Of a DNA stretch of 64,000 bases, positions 39,206-52,040 are shown in pieces; positions within the stretch are counted from its first letter, which is position 1, and each line of letters starts with the position of its first letter. This DNA is from Kudoa neothunni (taxonomy: Eukaryota > Animalia > Cnidaria). The notes beneath the pieces were generated by a model, which ran no database searches, was not told where the DNA came from, and saw only the letters and a program-made list of their open reading frames with translations. The stretch spans positions 9,128,528-9,192,527 of the forward strand of contig OZ199839.1 of NCBI GenBank assembly GCA_964304625.1, written 5' to 3'. The position numbers were made by a program, and so were the translations under genes.

Positions 39206-41378
39206 CTATCTGCTATCACGACTTCTACTACTGCTATTTCTACTGTTACCGCTGCTGCTGTCCGAACGAGATCTGGAATAGGAGCGGGATTTCGAATATG
39301 ATCGACTTCTATCTCTACGGCGTCGTTTAGAGGAACGTTTGGAGGGTGACTTTCGTCTAGAACTTCTCGAATGTTTTTTATAATTAGTGGATCCGGTCTT
39401 ATGCGAGCTTCTAGTCTACAAAAAAATCACTTTATTAAACACTAACATAAGACAATAAAATACTGTTCGACTTCTCGAGGTTGTGTTGGTGGTCGAAGGG
39501 GATCTTCTAGAACGGCGGCTGGTGGATACATCTCTATAGGAGCGATCTTTACTTTCCGTGCTAAATAATTCAAATTTTCCAGGTTTGAACTCCTCACAAA
39601 TAATGTATACCGTTTTTCACCATCATAATCTCTTTTTCGAGATTCATAACGATTATAATTAGGTGTTTTTCTCCTAGTGTCATCAGCTGGTGGGAGTTTA
39701 TGAGAGTTGTGATGTTCAACATTAGAAGAATTAACATCAAGTGCGGTTGCTATGAAAAAAATTGTTGCTATTCCAATAACAACAAAATTTCGAATTACCA
39801 CCACTGTTTGGTTCAGTAGTGTTGGTATGTGTGGAGTAGTTTTTTCTATAATAAGTTCTTGAATCTTTATGAGGAGTATTTTGACGGTGGTATGTGTTAC
39901 GTGGAGCTAAGTCACAACAACAATCACAACAAATACTCTACTAGTGAATACGTTGATAAACCGACTGCATAAGATCACACATTTGACCATACAGTAAGCT
40001 AGAATCCACTGTTGGAATGGAAAAGTCAGCAGGAGGTGATTCCACATGAGTATTCGTTGGCAGATCAACTCCACTCAGAGCCATAATTAGAAAAGCTTTG
40101 ATGACCTCTGATGGAAGTTTACACTTTTCTGCCGCATTTATCAAGTTTTCAACAGTGATGATAGTTTCTATAAATTTCAATATTCAAAAACGAATGATCT
40201 ATAATGCAAATACCAGGCTGTGTGTTCATGTGTTGAAGGTTTAAAAGGTTAGGTAATGCATTTGATAACAACTTTTGAGTGATAGCTGAATTTTCTATAT
40301 TAATTGGTTAATTTAGCGATAAAACTACAAAAAACAAATAATACCAGGTATGAGTTTCACGATTTGGCTGAGCAGATCCGTTGAACTAGGCAGATTGTTA
40401 TTGGTGTGGGTGGTTGCTCCTCCAACAGCCCCACCACCATTGGAAGCTGACGGATGAAAATTGATCTGATAAAAAGACGAAATAATAATAATAATAATAA
40501 TTCAACAAGATAAAACGTACATTATTGGGATGGTTGAGAGTGTTTCCTTCAGATCGAAGGTACTTTTGTTTTTCACAATAACTTTTCCAGGTTTCTTCAA
40601 TAAACCCATAGTTGAAATAGTCGGTAATATCTGCACCTATACAACAATCATTAACGAAATTGTTGAAATAACACAGTCATCAAATCTATGAAACAAACAA
40701 TAGGTTCTCCATAGAAATATATACCTGGTTGATTCCATGGTTTGGACGCATTGCCTGCACCACTATCAATTTGACAGAGATTTGGATTGTCAATCAATGA
40801 TGCATCGTTGACACTTTTGATAAGTTTTGGAATTTGAGTGGATCCAGAACTTATAGATCTATCTAGATTCAGTCAAATTATGTTAAACCACTCCATGCAT
40901 CTAACAACTCGTTAAGCTGGTGTTCACATTGACAGCGGGAATTGAACTGCTCTGGTCGGCATAGCTGCCAAACGACGAATTTTTCGAGCCAAAAAAAACT
41001 GTTTTTGTTTCTGTGGATTCATTCAACTCATCCTGCCCACTAAGAAACAATGTATAAAAAGCATATCGGTTGTGGTAGAAAAATTAAAAACTACAAGTTC
41101 AGGGGCACATCATCTAATATCAACTCAAAATCATCTTCTGAATCATTTTCTTCGTTATCAACTATTAAATTAACCGCATTTGGGCTGACATCTTGTGTAT
41201 TAATGTTGTCATTGATGTCGGAGGCTGATTTTGTTGGGGGTGAAAACAAGTTAGACTGATCCAATGGATCTACGTCTACAATTATGTGATTGATAAATCA
41301 ACTTAACACTAGAAACATACTGGTCGACTCACATAACAAAGAATCTGTATCATTTTCAGGAGTAATGCGTTGCTCCAT
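39206..41378 (-). CDS. FIP1L1: Pre-mRNA 3'-end processing factor FIP1
   Basis: Fip1 motif KPWNQP|[24 protein letters not shown] at about 40560-40745, acidic N-terminus, RS-rich C-terminus ending SRDSR*, many short GT-AG introns. Confidence 0.92.
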
Positions 41379-41451
41379 TCAAAATTACTAATGCGCTTGC
41401 GTGAAAAAATAAGACCAAATAATTAGCTACACTATAAACAATTCATAACAT

Positions 41452-42121
41452 TTAGAATGCGTAGAAAGTTCGTTTGTAGACTTTCACACCATCTCCTAGT
41501 CGTTCCTCCTGATCAACACCTAACTCAAGAAGACCAGCAGCATCAGAACCACCATTTATTTTCAAATGAACCATTGTTTTGGGAATAGGATGAAGATGGT
41601 CTTTGATTAGAGCTTTTGTAAAATATAATGTATCAATATTGATTCTACTACCAAGAATGTATTTAACCTGTATAAAAATAATGGTGAATTGATTACAATA
41701 AGAGTAAAATAAGTTTAATAAAGAACTACCGCCTTTTCTACATTCCCGGAGAGAATTTTAAATTTCGCGCTAGTTGGATTCTCATAATCGTCGTTCCAGT
41801 TTTGATAAAGTGTAAAGATTATCTCACCTACATTATCATTTATATTTATTTGGTTAGTTGAGCGATAAGAATGTGTTATTATACGTACTGATTGTAATGA
41901 ATTACCTGGTTTAGCGTAAAATTTGTTGATAAGCTGTGAAAGTAGTAGATTCGATTCCGTGTCTCTCTTGGTGTGATAATATGAGGAGGAAGGTGGTAAA
42001 GGCTCACTTATTACGTTTATAATGATAGTAACTAAATTGGTGCAAATTTATTCTGGATTCATTGTACACCAACAAACTAATCATTACACAACCAAAAATA
42101 AATATACAACATTATCCGCAT
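41452..42121 (-). CDS. Small secreted protein with a SEA-like domain (4 exons)
   Basis: Spliced: MRIMLYIYFWLFTIIINVIS (signal), EPLPPSSSYYHTKR, then DTESNLLL…IFTLYQNWNDDYENPTSAKFKILSGNVEKAVKYIL…AF*. WNDDYENPTSAKFKIL matches the SEA-domain N-terminal motif. Confidence 0.68.
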
Positions 42122-43196
42122 TAGATCCAGAATATCACTGTGTTTGTGATTTAACACCCGATATCGATAGGATCACCAGGGCAACTGTATTATCTAACTC
42201 CAACATCGTTGAGGACGTGTCGACACAAACAACTCCAATATAAAGACGCGTGAAAAAACACACGTCGTAGTCAGTTTTGATTTTATGTTTGAAAAGTAAT
42301 GGATGAGATGGTCAAAAACTATTATTTTAATATCTTATAATTTTTGAGTGGCTTTTCTGATGAAAAATTGAGAGAGAGAGAGAGAATGATAAAAATTTTG
42401 TAGGTGATAACCAAATACTATTATGAGTGAAACTATAAGTTGGTAAAGCTTGAGAAATTAGCGAGTCATTTCTCTGGTGATAAATCCCCTTTTAAGTTGC
42501 TAGTTGAACGAGATTGGTTAGAGTACATCTACCAAAATAAATTGCGACTTACACTGTACTCTTGGGTAAGAGCACAAGGGATGCAAAATGTGTGAACAGC
42601 TATATCCCTGAGAATATGGCCCTAAATGTTTGTAATAAAAATCAACCAAAGTCATGTAATGGGGCAAGTACTTCAATAGCACGAGCATTTCTTAGACTAC
42701 CTCGGAGTTTTGTCCCAGTGTAACAGGGCAGGAATAGGTGAGCAATTGTGTATTTTAGCTGGCTTTTTCCAAGTGATTTAGCATTTAAACCTGCCACCGA
42801 GAATGGCAGTAATGTGGCCAACAAACACACTGGTAACTCATCGTAGTAGTTGCACAACGAATGTGACCAGTCTGAAACCATGGTTTTATTTGGGAAGATT
42901 ATTAGCCACAACAAGCATTATGAATGAAATTTTCCGCTAGAACAATATTTATAATACTAATGCTGTTATCTTCCGCATATATTTTATATTAAATTCTATT
43001 AAAAGATTCAGCAAATATATATTAATAAGTGATTCTGGGTGGAATTGCCAATTGAACTTACTTAATTTCTATAACATAGACATTATTGTTGGATAATACA
43101 TCAAATATTATAATTCAGTGCGTTAATAGGATAACACATTTGTTTTAATATTAACAATTGCAGAGGTTATTTACATAGTAAATTTTGAACCTAAAC

Positions 43197-43498
43197 CAAT
43201 GGGGCATCAACATTCGGAGCCACATGCCAAATTCTAGCCTTTGAAAACTTCCAGGGGCCAGTTTTTTTAACTAAAGTTATAACTCGTAACTCATAACTCA
43301 TAATTTGGATAAATATAAGAATTTTGAAACGCAATATTCAACATAATTGATAAATAGTAAGTATATTAAACGTTCTAAATTGAATAACGAATGACATAGC
43401 AAATAAATATTTGTCCCATGTTGAATAAAACAATATTTTTCTGTCCAGGTGACATTAAATTTTCTATTCTCATCATAATTTTTTTGAATCTCAGCCAT
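43197..43498 (-). mobile_element. hAT (SPIN/Charlie/GTF2IRD2-like) remnant
   Basis: ENRKFNVTWTEKYCFI…LLCH is the typical N-terminus of these transposases. A hAT-like terminus lies at about 43197. Confidence 0.6.
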
Positions 43499-43547
43499 TT
43501 TAGCTAGGAAAGAAAATAAAAATAAGCTGAATTAAATATGAGATATA

Positions 43548-43910
43548 CAGTAGGCAACCGATAATACGCACTTTCATCGATACAACGTATTCAAAGTTTA
43601 TATTAGGTGAAACGTTTTATAATATTTTGGGTTTAAATTAGGGAATTATCAATCTGTTATATCACGTGACTAACAGATAATACGCACATTTTTGGGCCAA
43701 ACCGCGTAGATTAAATTGTTTTTATTGGAAAAGCAGGAAAAATTTTAATTTTGGCGGCTGAATTTTTGAACGAATTGAAATAGATTTTGAGATATCTATC
43801 CAAAAATGATCATTTCAATGAAAAAGGAAATAGAATAAATTTTATTTCAAGACAATGTTAGTCGCCAATTAAAGAATATCATGCACGTACATAAATAAAG
43901 ATTTTATCAA
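43548..43910 (+). repeat. Second copy of the 17293-17670 repeat
   Basis: Starts TA|CAGTAGGCAACCGATAATACGCAC and is co-linear with the 17.3 kb copy. Confidence 0.7.
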
Positions 43911-45289
43911 TAAATATGATTAAAACAAAAATTGTAAATGCATACCCAACCCGCAACATATGTGTATACGCGCATTTAATTTGATTGAAACAAAATGTCA
44001 AAAACAATATTTATTATACAGACTGTTAACGAAAAGTCCTGTAGTTTAAAATAAAATTAAAAATATTCTCAAGTTATCAAAAATTACTATAAATTGATAA
44101 ATCGATAAATTTTTATATTTGTATATTTTACAAATATTTTATCCACAGCTTATTCATTTCACTATTCAAATATTAAGTTTTAAAAATGTTCGCGAACAAC
44201 ATGTATTTATTTAAATACATCCTTATACTAATTATTTGTAGACATTTGTTGTGGTGAGGAAATTTCCCACCTCCATATTAATCCATGAGTTCTCATCATT
44301 ATAACCAACATAGCATAAACCAGTACACTTCGTTATAGTTATTAAGTTTCTAGACTGATCAGTTCACTTTGATTCATTTTTTAAAAATGCACAAAAACCA
44401 CACAGAATTACCAACAAATCGAAAACATATCACATTGAAGAATCAATGTTGTATGATTATTTTCGAGTATTCATTCTTAATAAATAGATGTGAATACTTT
44501 TGGTTAAACGAGTTCGGTTCCTCGCCATCGGTAATAATCGGATCATGTTTCATAACATATAAACTAATAAAGTCTAGTTTATTTTAGTTAGACGTAATTA
44601 AACAAAATATATCAATTAAAAAATAATATTTATGATTTTAAATGTTAAAAAATTAGGAAATAAGGTGTCAATTTATGTGCATAACAAAATAATAAAGATA
44701 AACATATTTTTATTATTGATTTGGAGAGTTACATATAAACGAACATTTTTAATGGTATTATAGATTAATTATGGATTTTATTTGTTATTTTTTAAGACAA
44801 ATGATAGGTATAACGTTATAAAACCTAAAGTAAGATTACATTTTACAGATAAATAGTAAATATTTGTTATATTTTGCAACATGTCCTTTTTTAAAAAATT
44901 TATAAGCTTAAACAATATGTCTACTCAGGCGATTTGTATTTTAATATAACTTTTAATGGTTTTTAGATGGATAAAAATCACTTATCATGTCATTTCTTTT
45001 TTAATTATATCCTAATGAGCCTAAGTTAATGTAATTGTCTGTCTTTTAATTTAATTTAATTTTTGGAAGATTTTGCTATTTGATAAATATGTATATAATC
45101 ATGCTAAAAAATAATAGGCTAACACTTAACATTAATTAAAATAAACTTAACAATGCCGTAATTCACCAAAGATATTTATTCAGTGACGATTGGAAAAAGA
45201 CATCACTATATAAATTTTTACAATTAAATAAAATCTACAAAATATAAATATGTTCAGTTGCTTTTAAAAGTTTAGAATGAACACGCTTC

Positions 45290-46133
45290 CTGTGGAGTCT
45301 TTTAAATATCCATTCGGCAATATAGAGAACGATCATTTCCCTTTTTTATTCGTCACCGAACGATATTTTCGCTTAAAAGCGCTCCATAGCCATTCATTCA
45401 ATTCGAGTGGTGTGAACTCCTGTAGACGAGACAAACACCCAATCATGAATTGCTGTCTCATGACCGTATTCATAACCTAGCTCAATGAGTGAACTATTGG
45501 CAGGCCATCCATCTGTATGTATAAAAAATCCCCTCTCATCATGAGTGGTAATAATATCTTCAAGAGTGGGAGTGTCTCTCTTTTCGATTTCCACCATAAA
45601 GACTCTTCCATCCACATCCACATCACCAACTACCATAGACTTTGGTTTTGTAGGATTCTATCAACCCTAAACATCCTCTTACAGATTTGACTTTCGTCTA
45701 TTTGGACTTTTACGCCAGAGCCACCAACTTTGTTTGGGTTACGAATAAAATTTTACCAATCCACAATAGTGGCGGAAGAATTAATACGGCATCCTTTCAT
45801 TAAGAAAAATTGTTCTGTCGCTCCCACACTCCAAAAAAAAAAAAATTTTAAAATTTGATAAAGGGAAAGTTGGACGTGGTGGAAAAACGTGTTCTTCCGT
45901 AACGAACATTCCTTTCTGCATCACTTGAAACATCAGCGGAAACTGTAGCCACCAACAGCATTGTTCCATGGAGAAGATTTCATTTGATCTCCACAAGAAC
46001 AAACTATTGATGTCGACATCAAATCAAGTTGTTGCAAAAAAAGAATTAAATCTTCAGGATGATCCTCGAAGTAACACAGGTCTTCAAAATTTAGTTTATC
46101 TGAATTTTCGAAGGTGAAGATTGCACGAGGCAT
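45290..46133 (-). mobile_element. Merlin (IS1595/IS1016-like) transposase pseudogene
   Basis: N-terminal Cys motifs (CSCG…), GGSGVKVQIDES, KRDTPTL, IHTDGW, TGVHTTRIE…W. Frameshifts and stops. Confidence 0.88.
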
Positions 46134-46688
46134 AATCCGGAAAATGTAAACAGCGGGAGAAGCGATTATTAACGATTGTGGGAAACCAGGGGGAGCCAAC
46201 GGGGGAGGAAGTGAATTGTAATCGCCTCTTTTATTATTTAGAGAAGGTTCGCCATGATTCGTGGGTATGTCATTAACATATTGAAACCGAATTTTTATCA
46301 ACAATGATTTTATGCATAGAATGTTCCCCAAAACATGTCAACTGTAAGTTCTACTGAGATCGACTCATTCATTCATCCATCTTTAAAAAGAATAAAATCC
46401 ACCTAAGCTGCATCTATGACAAACAACGACACCATGCGAAAGAAAACGTAATGTAACGATCAAAATAAAACGCCTGTCATAAACAAACAATATAAAATCA
46501 AATAAATATTTTCGAGTATCATTTTTGAAATAGAAAATTTTATCTTTACATGTTGTAAATCTAAGAGTAACACACGTGATCTATTGAATTCATCTGGTGG
46601 TTAGGTAGTTAAATCCGTTTGTTGGAGCACCGACCACTCATAAGATAATTGATTTGTGTGCGTGGTGTAAAGTTAAAATATATTTGGA

Positions 46689-47480
46689 ATGATTGAGGTA
46701 ATGTTTCTATGGATACTAAGTGCTTATTTTTCAACTAACCCCTATCACATTGTTAGATGCTATTTTATGCGATAAGTTTTGTTGGATTGGTTGTTGGTGC
46801 GTTGTTTTTAATGTTTAGTGTGAGTATGTAAAACTCGGTGACTGTAACAACGAATGTATAATATCTTTACTGTTTTAGGTTGTGGAATTTTCTATCTGTC
46901 TGATTACTTTGATAATTACACTACATCAGCGATAAAAGTTGTTAACACGTTCTTGATGGTAGATTTAGTTAATGAGGATATTTTGTAAAATTTATTATCA
47001 TTTAGATTGTTTCGTCTATTATAACAATGCTGGTGTTCACTGGTGATGTGAATCTTGTTCTGTGGGCTTCTATTATTATTTCCCATATTTTTTTCAAGCT
47101 AAGTTTAAAGGACTATCCAGATGTTTCAATGATATCAGTTCCATTTTTTATTGGTTGGTGTAATTAGATTTTCTATACTTTTAGATAATTGGTTATTGAT
47201 TGACACTGGTTACTAATTCAATTTTTAGGTTTTGTACTTGCCAATCATTTTATCATGTTACTCACTATTCCCAGTCATATTGAATCAGCTATATGGGTAC
47301 TCTATTCCATATAGGTGGGGTTTAAATGTATTAAATTATTTGAAGGTTGTTGGATTTTGTATTATCACCATGTGGGTTGTTCCAATTGTCATAATATGCA
47401 CCCTTTCTGCCAGTGATTTTATTATTCCACTCTTTGGGAGAAGAAATCCGTATGCACCTAAAAGCAACTTTGTAATGTGA
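46689..47480 (+). CDS. TEX261: TEX261/Svp26 (Erv26) family membrane protein
   Basis: MLFYAISFVGLVVGALFLMFS…CGIFYLSDYFDNYT and CIITMWVVPIVIICTLSASDFIIP match TEX261 (GLYYLAELIEEYT; WIIPF…SLSA…LP). Start is 46689 or 46757; internal splice sites are partly uncertain. Confidence 0.82.
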
Positions 47481-49379
47481 AACCAAATTAGAATGTATTC
47501 TAACAAAATTTTTCCGGTGTTTTGAATTGTCTTTTAGCACCAATGCGTAAACATTCATTACGTCACATGCAAACAGTTGACTAGGCTGGCTGTAGCTCTT
47601 ACATTGTGTTTTATTTCTTATTTTTGACGCTTTTAACAAATTTTTTACCGTCATTTTTAGCTTTATAGATCAGTTTGTTATATACTCTTTTATCTAATTT
47701 TTGATGCATAAATCATAAATCTTAAGAGTATTAAAAAATTATTTTTTATGACTGTTAATTGAAAATTTATATCCGCCTCCATCACGTTTTATTGCTGGTG
47801 ATTCGCTAAAAATATGAAGTACATTCGTTATAAGCCTCTCTAAAAATCCAACCGAGAGATTTTTAACCTTGTGCAGACATTTTAATTTTTTTAAATTTCC
47901 ATGATGAAGTTTATTTTTAAACGAAAAACAACATTGGATTTTATGTTAGTAGTAGAATTCTAAGAATATTTGTTTGGGTTTGTTTTTAAACTGAATATAT
48001 TATAACGGCAATAACATGATTTTGCGACTTATGAAACGACGACTCTTGTTTTACTTATAATTTCTCGTAAAAAATTATAAACCTAGCTAGAGTGATAGAG
48101 TGAGGTATTTAAGTTTTGTTTCGATTATTTAAATTTAATAAATAACGTTTTTTCCGCATTTTCATTTTAATTTATGTCTTCTGCAAAAGCTAGGCATTCG
48201 AGTGCAGCATTTTAAATAGATTTATGTATATATTGTCGTTTCTTAAAATTTTCAAATAATTTAATAGTCATTATTGAGGTATAGATTGACGCGAGCGCGG
48301 ATATAATATTACGACAGTATACCATACCTAATTACTGGTTAGAACCTTTTTATGTTCAAGGTTTTATTTTTATATATTTAACAAAGGCTGAATAATGTCT
48401 TAAAAATTTATATCACTAAAATTTTATACCATTCAACGTTAATAAATTCAGAAAAATATTGATAAAAATCCCACTTTTATTTATGAATATTTATCAATTA
48501 AATTCCAATTTTAACCCAAATTAGGTTAGGTTTAATTTTATAAGTTGTTTTGGTCACTTTTTGTGTAGAATAGGACTGAGTATATAAATTATCTTCAATT
48601 TTTATTATAATTATTAATTCAACTAAGATAATGCTATATAACAGGGCTTCCTGGACCTTTTAATGGCTAGGGAGACAGTTACTGGGGATTGGAGACTAAC
48701 GTCTACGGTCAACGAAAAAATTGTACGACTAAACATGCTAAGCATGCTTCATACATAATGTATCGCTTCCAAGTAATCAGAATCTCTCTCGAAAATATAT
48801 CATGTGCGATTCGTGCGCAATCGAAACTGAAATAAGTCTGTTTAACAAGTAGTCATTTGATTAATTTTACTGGAAATTAGTTTTTTTTCCAATCTACTAT
48901 ATACTATTTATTGATATATGAAATAAAAATAATAACTTATTTCGTTTTCATTAGTAAATAAATTATTTCTTGAAAATTATAAATGGTACCACGTATAAAA
49001 TTATTAAGTACAGTAGAGCAGGATACTACGCATTATTTGTGGACGAAACTGTTAAATGCGTAGTATCCATGTCCGCTCGCACATTATACCAAATATTTAA
49101 AGTGGCGCGCTGTCGTATTGTGTATTTAACAAATACATCCGCTTTCCAATATTAATGATAACCTGCAAATATTTAGAAAAATTTAATATTAAACGCAAAA
49201 ATCGGCGAATATAAAACAAATAAACTATAATAATTCGAAAATATACAGATTTTTTAAATAGTCAATTATTTTATCATTATTTTCGAACCATGTCTTATTC
49301 TACAGACGAATAAATTCAATTTTGTTGAATTTTCTAACGTATATAGGTCATGAGCAAAAATATTTTTTCATAATTTATT

Positions 49380-49665
49380 TTTTGTTTTTTTTGTTTACAA
49401 GGTAAAACCCCGCCCCTTATCTTTATGCTTTTTAGTGGGACTTTACCCCAAACTCTATCCCTTTAAGGACGTTGGCTCTGTGAGGACTGAAAATTACTTT
49501 CCTTTCAATGGGTTCCGGAGATTCAAACTCCTATTCACGCTTACCACATTTCACGCGAATTCGGTTGCTAATGCATCCCACTCCACGGGGGGGGGGCGTA
49601 CACTTTAATCACAACTCCCAAATATGGGACAGAGATCCACCGACACGAAAGAAGTAGTATGTCCT
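49380..49665 (-). mobile_element. SINE (copy 2, rearranged)
   Basis: Reverse-complement match to 12090-12430 (CTTTCGTGTCGGTGG…CCCATATTTGGGAG…GAATAGGAGTTTGAATCTCC…CACAGAGCCAACGT…TTACCTTGTAAAC + A-tail). Confidence 0.75.
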
Positions 49666-50820
49666 CGGCTCAGTACGATAAATTGGTCCGTGACCAGGTT
49701 TTCGTACATTTTTCAATACCCGTGGGGATTACCAACGAGTGGTCACATACTATATTATTCTATAAGTAATCCTACTAAATTGAATTTTTACAGGAAAAAA
49801 TGTCGAGAGTTTCCGTAACGGCTGCTTATAACGCTAAAAATTTAGTCGACTCAGGTTTTTTTTATTCAAATTTTTGAAAAAACAACAATTCTTGACAACA
49901 TTTCTTTCATATGAGGTGCATCATTCACATATGCACTTCCTCTCTGAAATCAGATCAGTATTCTTTAAGGTTTTAATAGTATAAATCGTACCTACCTTAT
50001 GAATAGGTAAATCTTCATATTGATTTGATCCCTTTTTTCTATATCAACAGCTCTTCTGAAGTCTTCATTTCCCATGGAAAAACATAATTTTACGACCGTG
50101 GTCCTGATCTTTAAAAAATAACTCAGATATTTATTCATGTATTAGAGACATATTTCTGGAATACAAAAATAAATTTATTAGCATATAATATTTTGAAAAC
50201 AATAAACCAATCAAAAAATTTATTAAAAAAATCACAATCGCTCCTAACCGCAATTTTTATATGGGAAATTTCTCCAGATCGTCAGAAGGTTAATTAATGG
50301 AATTTAATTGAATACTCCGATTTTTATTTTATATAAATAAGAAACTCTAGGCATCATTACTACACAAAAACTAGCAAAATACATGTCGAATAATCATATT
50401 TAGCTATAATTATTGATAATAAAAATATTCTCGGAATATACATTTTGAAGAATAATCGATCTAGGGTTTTGTCCTATTAAACGGTCACCTACGATAACAA
50501 CCAACAACTTTAATATAATCAATAAAGTTAATAAACGAATTAACCTAAGTGCATTATTTAAACAGCTCAAATTCAAACTTAACTTTAATAGGCGTAAAAA
50601 CATTCTTCATATCGTTATCAAATGAATGACAAAAATCATAAACTTGCGAGCTAGCTTTAAAAGTATGGAATAACTCAAACACAAGTAGAATAGAATTGAG
50701 GACTAAATATTTAAAAACTAGTGTCAGAGAGTTAAAAACCAAGACCAAACAAATTAACAAGATAATTTTATAACAGACAGACAGACAGACAATCAATTTA
50801 TGTTAATAAAAATAACTAAA

Positions 50821-51641
50821 CTAATGAACAGGCTTTTCTATGAATGATACAACTCTTTTCTGGTTTAAACGGAAAAAAGCTTTCAGATTCTAAATACACA
50901 TATGAGGGAACTTTCAACGTAATGGAATACTTGGCGAGCAACCATCGAACTTATTATGTAGATAAAAAGAAAAGAAGCGTCAGTCATATCGTTGCTTTCC
51001 AGTGATTTATGTGTGATACCACTTATAATCGAAAATGGAACAAAAGGTAACTTAGCGACAATTATCCCAGAATACCTATTTTAAAGATATTATTATTAAA
51101 ACCGGTGATAGTGTAATCTACTTTCTCATCAGATATCCCAAGGATGACGTTGTACACAAACCCAATACCAACATGATACGCATTCTTGCCTGTTCAGGTC
51201 AACTAAATTTAGTTCTAACTTTTAGTAGGTTACCAGTGAGAGATCGGTGTTTATGTCTTTGATATTTTGAGAGTATTGTTCTGTGATCATTTGAAATATA
51301 ATGGAAAGGTGAATGACAATTTCTACCTGCTAATTTGGCTTGCTTCAGTGTCAATGAAGATAATTGGTACTTAAGTTTGTATACTTAATATGGGAAAAAA
51401 TGAAATTTTTTTCGATCAAAAAGCATAAATGAATACATTTCTCACTAATATTTTTTATTTGATCCTGAGAGCTTATGTAGTGCTCTTTTCTATACGTGAG
51501 AAACCAACTAAGCACTAAAAATAGTTGTCAGCAGTCTTCCAAATGTTGAAATTTGTTTGAGCAATCAAACGTACGTTCGCAAAGGCTAGAAGATAAAAAT
51601 CCAAACAAAATCGCTGTAAATATGTATTGAAGTTCCAGCAT
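50821..51641 (-). CDS. TMCO1: Calcium load-activated channel / Oxa1-superfamily TMCO1
   Basis: Spliced: FGFLSSSLCELLSWFLTYRKEHY and GIIVAKLPFVPFSIISGITHKSLESNDMTDASFLFIYIISSMVARQNL, matching the TMCO1 signature. Missed by the ORF track because the exons are short. Confidence 0.9.
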
Positions 51642-51731
51642 TTCTCGAGGGGTTCGATGAGTCGAAGTTGCACGTGCTGCCCCGATAATTAATTTTCTCG
51701 TGAAGATATACATTTAAGTTTGGTTGGATTG
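51642..51731. promoter_or_regulatory. Putative bidirectional promoter TMCO1/MRPL36
   Basis: Only 90 nt between divergent ATGs; GC-rich with a palindromic CACGTG at 51671-51676. Confidence 0.6.
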
Positions 51732-52040
51732 ATGTGGTTTCCGAAATCTATAATTAAAAATTTCAACTTATCTAATCAAATTCAGTCGATCAGATCTTAC
51801 ACTTACACAGAGAAGCCCTATCTCAAATGTCCTCAATGTTATTACGTGTTTAACAGAAATAAATGGAGGGTGTGGTGTTACGCCAACAAATCACACAAAC
51901 AATCTCAGCGAAAGCCCAAACCACCAAAAGAAGATAGATTCCAATTAATGTTGCGAAGAAAAGTTGATGTGTACATTGCTGAGAATGTCAAAAAGCCCTA
52001 CGTTTTTGTACCCACACCTTACAAACCGGGGACTAAATAA
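51732..52040 (+). CDS. MRPL36: Mitochondrial ribosomal protein bL36m
   Basis: Transit-like N-terminus, then CPQC…RNKWRVWC…HKQSQ (L36 C3H zinc ribbon, compare HKQRQ). Confidence 0.82.
   Translation: MWFPKSIIKNFNLSNQIQSIRSYTYTEKPYLKCPQCYYVFNRNKWRVWCYANKSHKQSQRKPKPPKEDRFQLMLRRKVDVYIAENVKKPYVFVPTPYKPGTK

Noticed and set aside
39442-39804. ORF with an apparent signal peptide ([17 protein letters not shown]…)
   Set aside because: The hydrophobic start is a translated intron (gtaattcg…ttcatag); the ORF is internal to FIP1L1.
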